Origin: Candidatus Marinacidobacterium sp.
GTDB taxonomy: Bacteria; Acidobacteriota; Vicinamibacteria; Marinacidobacterales; Marinacidobacteraceae
Assembly (NCBI GenBank): GCA_965202845.1
Contig: OZ241856.1
Location: 1,155,886 to 1,219,885, forward strand
Direction: 5' to 3'
DNA length: 64,000 nt
Shown: in pieces, positions 58,382 through 64,000 of the stretch
Layout of the letters: every line of letters begins with the position of its first letter
How positions within the stretch are numbered: position 1 is the stretch's first letter
Program-made: the position numbers and the translations under genes
The notes under the pieces: generated by a model
Database searches by the model: none
Told to the model about the DNA's origin: nothing
What the model saw: only the letters and a program-made list of their open reading frames with translations

Positions 58382-59685
58382 GCGGCGACTCCCAGGGCGG
58401 TTTCGTCTTCGAGGAAGCGTTGGAATCCGGCGGCGTCGGCGACTCCGGCGGCGATTCGGGCGATCCCCTCCCGGAGGGAATCCATGTCGGCGGCGTAGGA
58501 AAGCCGCAGGAAGTCCTGCCCCTCGCTGCCGATGACGCCGAAGCTGCGCCGGTCCACCAGCGCCACTCCGTGGAAATAGAGGAGGAAGCGGGACACCAGG
58601 GTGGCGGGGCTGGTGCGGCGGCGCACCGATTCGGGCTGCGCCCGGAACCAGGCGGCGGCGCCCAGCGACTCGCAGGCGCCGGCGATGTTCGGGAAGACGT
58701 AGAACGCCCCCAGCGGGTTGGCGCAGCGGACGCCGGGAATCGCGTTCAGCGCCGGAACCACGAAGTCCCGGCGGCGGCGGAATTCCTCCACCATGCCCCG
58801 CACCACTCCGGCGGTCTCCGGGCTTTCGAGCGCCTCCCGGGCCGCCTCCTGGATGAACGGCGGGGTGCAGCTCACCGTGTTGATGTTGATCTGCTTGAAG
58901 CGAAGCGCCTCCTCGGCGGTCGGCAGCACCGTCCAGCCGAGCCGCCAGCCGGTCATCGCGAACCCCTTGGAATGGCCGCTGGCGATGATGGTGCGCTCGC
59001 GCATCCCCGGAATCGAGGCCATCGAAACGTGCTGGAACCCGTCGAAGGTGATGTGCTCGTAGATCTCGTCGGAGTAGATGCGGATGTCGGGGTTCGCCCG
59101 GCGCCGCACCAGGTCGGCGACCTCCTCCAGCAGCTCGCGCGACAGCACGCCGCCGGTGGGGTTCGAGGGCGAGCAGAGCATCAGCACCTTGGTGCGTTCG
59201 GTCAGCAGCCGGTCCAGATCGGAGGCGTCGAACGAAAAGCCGCGATCCTCCCGGAGCAGGAGCGGCTTCGGGACGCCGCCCAGGTAGGTGACCCAGGACT
59301 CGTAGATCGGGAAGCCGGGGCTCGGATAGATGACCTCGTCGCCGGGGTCCACGTAGGCCATCATCGTGTAGCCGATCGCCGGCTTCGCCCCGGAGAGGAC
59401 GATCACCTGCTCCGGCGCCACCGGAATCCGGCGTGTCCGCTCTACGTGGGCGGCCACCGCCTTGCGGAGCGGCGGGACTCCGGCCGGGTCGGTGTAGTGG
59501 GTGTCCCCGCGCCGGATGGCGGCGATTCCGGCCTCGTTGATGTGGGGGGCGCTGTCGAAGTCGGGCTCCCCGATGGTGAAGGGGATGACGTCCACGCCCC
59601 GGGCGCGGGCGCGGGCCATGTCCTCCCCGATCTTGAAGGCGTTCTCCGTGCCCATCTGGCCGAAGCGCCTGGCGAACAATGACAT
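58378..59685 (-). CDS. pyridoxal-phosphate-dependent aminotransferase, class I
   Basis: ...NPTGGVL... with the PLP-lysine region SGHSKGFAMTGWRLGW. 4-nt overlap with the dehydrogenase start. Confidence 0.85.
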   Translation of the reverse strand: MSLFARRFGQMGTENAFKIGEDMARARARGVDVIPFTIGEPDFDSAPHINEAGIAAIRRGDTHYTDPAGVPPLRKAVAAHVERTRRIPVAPEQVIVLSGAKPAIGYTMMAYVDPGDEVIYPSPGFPIYESWVTYLGGVPKPLLLREDRGFSFDASDLDRLLTERTKVLMLCSPSNPTGGVLSRELLEEVADLVRRRANPDIRIYSDEIYEHITFDGFQHVSMASIPGMRERTIIASGHSKGFAMTGWRLGWTVLPTAEEALRFKQININTVSCTPPFIQEAAREALESPETAGVVRGMVEEFRRRRDFVVPALNAIPGVRCANPLGAFYVFPNIAGACESLGAAAWFRAQPESVRRRTSPATLVSRFLLYFHGVALVDRRSFGVIGSEGQDFLRLSYAADMDSLREGIARIAAGVADAAGFQRFLEDETALGVAA

Positions 59686-59757
59686 TCCGAAGTCCCCTGG
59701 TGGTTCTGATACGTCCGGTGGGGGGCGGATGATACAATGCGCCGGCAGAGGGACACC

Positions 59758-60204
59758 ATGCTCGGCCTCGCGTTTCTCCTGACGCTCGCCCTGCCGGGGG
59801 ACGCCGACCAGCCGACGTCGCCGCTGCTGGAGGCGGCGCTCCAAAAGCGCGCCGAGGTCGAGCGCGTCCGCGCCGCGTTCGGTCCCGCGCCCCGGCTCAC
59901 CGACCACGACCTCGCCCCGGACCCGCACCGGCCGGGTCCCGACGAGGCGCTGGCGCCCTCCGGCGCGCGGGAGGCGCCCCTGCCGCCGGTGGAATCGGCG
60001 CCTCCCCCCAAACCCGCGGAGTCCGAGAGCGACCTCCGGGAGCGCCTCGCCGATCTGGAGGCGGCGCTGGTCGGGATCGGCGCGAGCGGCCTGCCGCTGG
60101 CGCCCCGGGACCCCAACCGGTTCCGAAGCGCCCTGGACGCCGCCCGCATCCGCGCCGAGATGGAGGACATCCGGCGCGAACTGGCGAAATTCCCCGAGAG
60201 ATAG
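59758..60204 (+). CDS. hypothetical secreted protein
   Basis: Signal-peptide-like MLGLAFLLTLALPGDA. No recognisable domain. Could instead start at 59737. Confidence 0.3.
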   Translation: MLGLAFLLTLALPGDADQPTSPLLEAALQKRAEVERVRAAFGPAPRLTDHDLAPDPHRPGPDEALAPSGAREAPLPPVESAPPPKPAESESDLRERLADLEAALVGIGASGLPLAPRDPNRFRSALDAARIRAEMEDIRRELAKFPER

Positions 60205-60415
60205 CCCCAAGGGGACCGAAAGGGCGCGCCGGGAACACCCCCCAAGCGTCCAGCGCCCCCTCCCGGAACCAGAATCCTTCTCCGCCCGATCCGCTAAATC
60301 CCGGATAAAACACGGGATACTCACGAATTCCGCAAACTGGATCTCTGCGCTATTTGGGGCAACTTGACATTGGATAAAACTGGGTAGACTGCATAGACTG
60401 ATCAGACTGGGTAGA

Positions 60416-60431
60416 CCACAACCAGTAGTGG
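60416..60431. promoter_or_regulatory. putative NrdR box 1 (CCACAACCAGTAGTGG)
   Basis: Imperfect 16-bp palindrome resembling the NrdR operator consensus acaCwAtATaTwGtgt. Lies 32 bp upstream of box 2. Confidence 0.5.
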
Positions 60432-60447
60432 TTCCCCTTGGGAGAGA

Positions 60448-60463
60448 CCACTACATCTAGTGG
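60448..60463. promoter_or_regulatory. putative NrdR box 2 (CCACTACATCTAGTGG)
   Basis: Near-perfect palindrome ACCACTA-N4-TAGTGGT. Lies 230 bp upstream of the nrdJ ATG. Tandem boxes 32 bp apart are typical of NrdR sites. Confidence 0.55.
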
Positions 60464-60692
60464 TCGCCCGACACCATTCCAAATTTTTACAGATAATGAA
60501 AATTCAGTTTCCCGAAGCTCCGAATACCTTCCTCTCTGGCGTCGGTCTCCGCTCCCGGCCCCGTTTGGCGCCTTTGTCGCGATCTGTTACGGAAATCAGG
60601 CATGCCGAGACTCGGATGCTTGCTTCCTCACCCGCTACCGGTTCCGAAGCCACTGCGGATGCCGACTCCACTCGGAGCCTCCGGCCCTTACT

Positions 60693-63449
60693 ATGGAAAT
60701 CCGGACTCCCGATCTTCAGACCCCTTCGTCCCCGCCCCTGGCCGTCCCCGATCCCGCCCCCGCCGGGGGGCTCCGGTTCGAGCGCGTCTTCACCCCCGCC
60801 GGCGTCTCCCCGTTCGACACCGTCGAGTGGGAGTCCCGGGACGCGGTGATCACCGACGAGCGCGGCGACACGATCTTCGCCCAGCGCGGCGTCGAATTCC
60901 CGAAGTCGTGGTCGCTGATGGCCACCTCGATCGTGGCCTCCAAGTACTTCCACGGGTCGCTGGAGAAGGGCGAGCGCGAGTCCAGCGTCCGGCAGCTGAT
61001 CGGCCGGGTGGCCGGCCAGATCGCCAGCTGGGGGCGCGAAGGGGGCTACTTCGCCGACGACGCCTCGGCGGACGCCTTCGAGGACGACCTCGCCTGGCTG
61101 CTGCTCCACCAGCGGGCGGCGTTCAACTCGCCGGTCTGGTTCAACTGCGGCGTCGAGAAGCGCCCGCAGTGCTCGGCCTGCTTCATCAATTCGGTCGACG
61201 ACACCATGGACTCGATCCTGACCCTGGCCCGGACCGAGGGGATGCTGTTCAAGTGGGGGTCGGGAACCGGCTCCAACCTCTCGGCGATCCGCAGCTCCCG
61301 GGAGCGGCTGTCCGGAGGCGGGATCGCCAGCGGGCCGGTCTCGTTCATGCGGGGCTACGACTCCTTCGCGGGCGTCATCCGGAGCGGGGGCAAGACCCGC
61401 CGCGCCGCCAAGATGGTGATCCTCAACGTGGATCACCCCGACATCCTCGACTTCATCGACTGCAAGTCGCGCGAGGAGCAGAAGGCCTGGGCGCTGATCG
61501 GCGCCGGCTACGACGCTTCCCTGAACGGCGAGGCGTACGCGTCCATCCAGTACCAGAACGCGAACCACAGCGTGCGGGTCAGCGACGCCTTCATGGAGGC
61601 GCTGGAAAACGACGCCCTGTGGGAGACCCGGGCGATCACCAGCGGCGACGTCATGGACACCATCCGCGCCCGCGACGTGATGCGGCGGATCGCCGAATCC
61701 ACCCACCTTTGCGGCGATCCCGGCATGCAGTTCGACGACACCATCAACCGCTGGCACACCTCGCCGAACAGCGGCCGGATCAACGCCTCGAACCCCTGCT
61801 CGGAGTACATGTACCTGGACGACTCGGCGTGCAACCTGGCCTCGCTGAACCTGATGCAGTTCCTCGACGGCGCCGGGGAGTTCGACACCCCGGCGTTCGA
61901 GCAGGCGGTGCAGGTGCTGATCACCGGCATGGAGATCATCGTGGGGAACGCGAGCTACCCGACTCCCCGGATCGAGGAGAACTCGCATCGGTTCCGCCCG
62001 CTGGGTCTCGGCTACGCCAACCTGGGCGCGCTCTTGATGCACTACGGGCTGCCCTACGACAGCGATTCGGGACGGGCGGTCGCCGCGTCGATCACCTCGC
62101 TGATGACCGGCGCAGCCTACGCCCAGTCCGCCCGGATCGCGGGCGCGGTCGGCGTGTTCGAGGGCTATCCGGAGAACCAGGAGTCCTTCGGGAAGGTGAT
62201 GCGGATGCACCAGGGCGCGGCGCAGGACATCCCCGGGGACGGGGCGCCCGCCGACCTCCACCAGCGCAGCCAGGACGTCTGGGCCGAGGCCATCGCCCTG
62301 GGCGAGGCGCACGGCTACCGGAACGGGCAGGCTTCGGTGCTGGCGCCGACCGGCACCATCGGCCTGATGATGGACTGCGACACCACCGGCGTGGAGCCGG
62401 ACCTGGCGCTGGTGAAGCACAAGAAGCTCATCGGCGGGGGGATCATCCGCATCGTCAACCACACGGTGCCGGCCGCGCTCGAGCGGCTGGGCTACAACCC
62501 GGCCGAGGTGGAGACCATCTGCAGCCACGTGGACGAGCACGGCCACGTGGAGGGAGCGCCCGGGCTCGATCCCGACCATTTGGCGGTGTTCGACTGCGCC
62601 CTCAAGCCGGCGGACGGCGAGCGCGCCATCCACCACATGGGGCACGTCCGGATGATGGCGGCGGTCCAGCCCTTCCTCTCCGGCGCGATCTCGAAGACGG
62701 TGAACATGCCCGAGGACAGCACCGTCGAGGACATCGAGAAGACCTACGACGCCGCCTGGAAGCTGGGCGTCAAGGCGATCGCCATCTACCGCGACGGCAG
62801 CAAGCGGTCCCAGCCCCTGAACATGGGCAAGGAGACCGCCGATGGAGACGCGGCGCCCGCCGCCCCCGCCCCGTCGTTCGAGGGGGAGACCCTCCCCGCC
62901 GAACGGGAGGCGATCATCCACAAGTTCGACATCGCCGGGCACAAGGGGTATCTGACCGTGGGGCTCCGGCCCGACGGCACGCCCTGCGAAATCTTCCTGC
63001 GCATGGCGAAGGAGGGATCCTTCGTCTCCGGGCTGATGGACGCCTTCGCCCGCGCCATCTCGTACAACCTGCAGTACGGGGTTCCCCTCCGGGTCCTGGT
63101 GGACAAGTTCTCCCACACCCGCTTCGAGCCCTCCGGCTACACCGGAAACCCGGAAATCCCGCACGCCGAATCGATCACCGACTACATCTTCCGCTGGCTG
63201 GAGCGGCGCTTCCTCGATGAGGAGGACGGCGAGGGAGCAAGCGCCCGGCCCGACGAGCCGGAGGGATCGGTGGGCGGCGGCAACGGCGGCGGATCGAACG
63301 GATCGCTCCGCCCCCGGACCGACCGGATCCTGCAGCCGGCGGCGGTCTTCGCCGATGCCCCCCCCTGCTCGACTTGCGGCGCGCTCATGGTTCGCAGCGG
63401 CACCTGCTTCAAGTGCCTGAACTGCGGCGCGACGTCCGGCTGCTCCTGA
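60693..63449 (+). CDS. nrdJ: vitamin B12-dependent ribonucleotide reductase (class II, NrdJ)
   Basis: N-terminus ...LRFERVFT...SPFDTVEWESRDAVI... Active-site region ...NPCSEYM...CNLASLNL... C-terminal Zn-ribbon-like CSTCG...CFKCLNCG. 918 aa. Confidence 0.9.
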   Translation: MEIRTPDLQTPSSPPLAVPDPAPAGGLRFERVFTPAGVSPFDTVEWESRDAVITDERGDTIFAQRGVEFPKSWSLMATSIVASKYFHGSLEKGERESSVRQLIGRVAGQIASWGREGGYFADDASADAFEDDLAWLLLHQRAAFNSPVWFNCGVEKRPQCSACFINSVDDTMDSILTLARTEGMLFKWGSGTGSNLSAIRSSRERLSGGGIASGPVSFMRGYDSFAGVIRSGGKTRRAAKMVILNVDHPDILDFIDCKSREEQKAWALIGAGYDASLNGEAYASIQYQNANHSVRVSDAFMEALENDALWETRAITSGDVMDTIRARDVMRRIAESTHLCGDPGMQFDDTINRWHTSPNSGRINASNPCSEYMYLDDSACNLASLNLMQFLDGAGEFDTPAFEQAVQVLITGMEIIVGNASYPTPRIEENSHRFRPLGLGYANLGALLMHYGLPYDSDSGRAVAASITSLMTGAAYAQSARIAGAVGVFEGYPENQESFGKVMRMHQGAAQDIPGDGAPADLHQRSQDVWAEAIALGEAHGYRNGQASVLAPTGTIGLMMDCDTTGVEPDLALVKHKKLIGGGIIRIVNHTVPAALERLGYNPAEVETICSHVDEHGHVEGAPGLDPDHLAVFDCALKPADGERAIHHMGHVRMMAAVQPFLSGAISKTVNMPEDSTVEDIEKTYDAAWKLGVKAIAIYRDGSKRSQPLNMGKETADGDAAPAAPAPSFEGETLPAEREAIIHKFDIAGHKGYLTVGLRPDGTPCEIFLRMAKEGSFVSGLMDAFARAISYNLQYGVPLRVLVDKFSHTRFEPSGYTGNPEIPHAESITDYIFRWLERRFLDEEDGEGASARPDEPEGSVGGGNGGGSNGSLRPRTDRILQPAAVFADAPPCSTCGALMVRSGTCFKCLNCGATSGCS

Positions 63450-63486
63450 CAAGCCCCGAAACCGGAGATCTCGGCGGGAAGGCGTC

Positions 63487-63957
63487 GTGAGCCATTCGGG
63501 CGAACAACGCTGGCGCCAGCGATTCGACAATTTCGGAAAGGCCCTCGCACAGCTGTCCGAAGCCTGCCAGCGTGCGAAGTTGAGCAACCCGGAGCGCGCC
63601 GGCTTGATCAAGATCTGCGAACTCTGTTTCGAGTTGTCATGGAGCGTCCTGAAAGACTTTCTCGCTTGCGATGGATACGAAGAAGAAACGCCGCGCGCGG
63701 TAATCCGAAAGAGCTTCGAAGCCGGCCACATCAACGAGAAGGACTGCGAGACCCTTCTTCGCGTGCTGGACAAGAGAAATCTATTGAGCCGCGCGTATCG
63801 GGATGAAATCGCCCGCGAGGCGGAAATTCTGATCAAGGACGACTTTCATCCGGCTCTTCTTCGACTCCCCGAACCCTGGACGCCAGGATCAGGCAAACGT
63901 CATGAAACATCTCCCGGAACGATCCCGGCCCGAGGCCGAACTCGAAACATGGCGTAG
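63487..63957 (+). CDS. HEPN domain protein, HI0074 family (nucleotidyltransferase substrate-binding protein; toxin-like partner of MNT/HEPN modules)
   Basis: RWRQRFDNFGKALAQL...CELCFELSWSVLKDFL...IRKSFEAGHI...RNLLSRAYRDEIARE. Lower GC than the surroundings. It has an atypical GC-rich Pro-rich C-terminal tail. Confidence 0.65.
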   Translation: MSHSGEQRWRQRFDNFGKALAQLSEACQRAKLSNPERAGLIKICELCFELSWSVLKDFLACDGYEEETPRAVIRKSFEAGHINEKDCETLLRVLDKRNLLSRAYRDEIAREAEILIKDDFHPALLRLPEPWTPGSGKRHETSPGTIPARGRTRNMA

Positions 63958-64000
63958 CATGATGTTCAGCGAAGCCGTGCGAATCAATCCAGACGTTCGG

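Noticed and set aside
60205-60692. Possible cobalamin riboswitch in the 488-bp nrdJ leader
   Set aside because: I could not find the conserved B12-box (GCCACTG-like) or the expected paired elements, and class II RNR genes are not typical B12-riboswitch targets. The NrdR boxes explain the region better.
63450-63486. Palindrome CCGGAGATCTCGG after nrdJ as a rho-independent terminator
   Set aside because: The stem is only 3-4 bp around a GAGATCTC core and there is no downstream T-tract.

Overview
This 64-kb window is about 70% GC and reads as chromosomal DNA from a Gram-negative bacterium (BamD, RlpA and a lipoprotein-rich proteome); I do not assign a phylum. It is gene-dense, with many 4-nt start/stop overlaps (ATGA, GTGA, TTGA). 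Most of it is housekeeping: split-type methylmalonyl-CoA mutase large subunit, family-4 UDG, rnhB, a def-fmt-[GDPD]-rsmB cluster, rpe, bamD, pgsA, GDP-sugar pyrophosphorylase plus phosphomannomutase, tRNA-Gly(CCC), bactofilin, ald, grpE-dnaJ-rsmE, a Ser/Thr kinase, recX-alaS, ALDH7, a sulfatase-TPR lipoprotein, an M3 dipeptidyl carboxypeptidase, copA, a BCCT transporter, a MacAB-like MFP/ABC/2xFtsX efflux operon, a five-gene coupled metabolic operon (aminotransferase, 2-hydroxyacid dehydrogenase, SSS symporter, GNAT, TIGR02206-like) and class II B12-dependent nrdJ preceded by tandem NrdR boxes. The accessory content is smaller. (1) A lower-GC islet at about 40.3-44.7 kb carries a GmrSD-like (DUF262+DUF1524) type IV restriction gene split by an ISL3-family element, with a perfect 8-bp target-site duplication, plus a DUF2335 membrane protein. 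(2) A translationally coupled operon encodes an FAD-dependent disulfide oxidoreductase, a DedA/TVP38 protein and a polytopic pentaheme c-type cytochrome with a C-terminal TPR domain. (3) A subtilase-type autotransporter sits divergent from a DUF4143 AAA ATPase, across a repeat-rich intergenic region. (4) A lower-GC HEPN (HI0074-family) toxin-like gene lies at the window end. No CRISPR array or rRNA was found. Because the DNA is so GC-rich, many long antisense ORFs in the six-frame track are artefacts.
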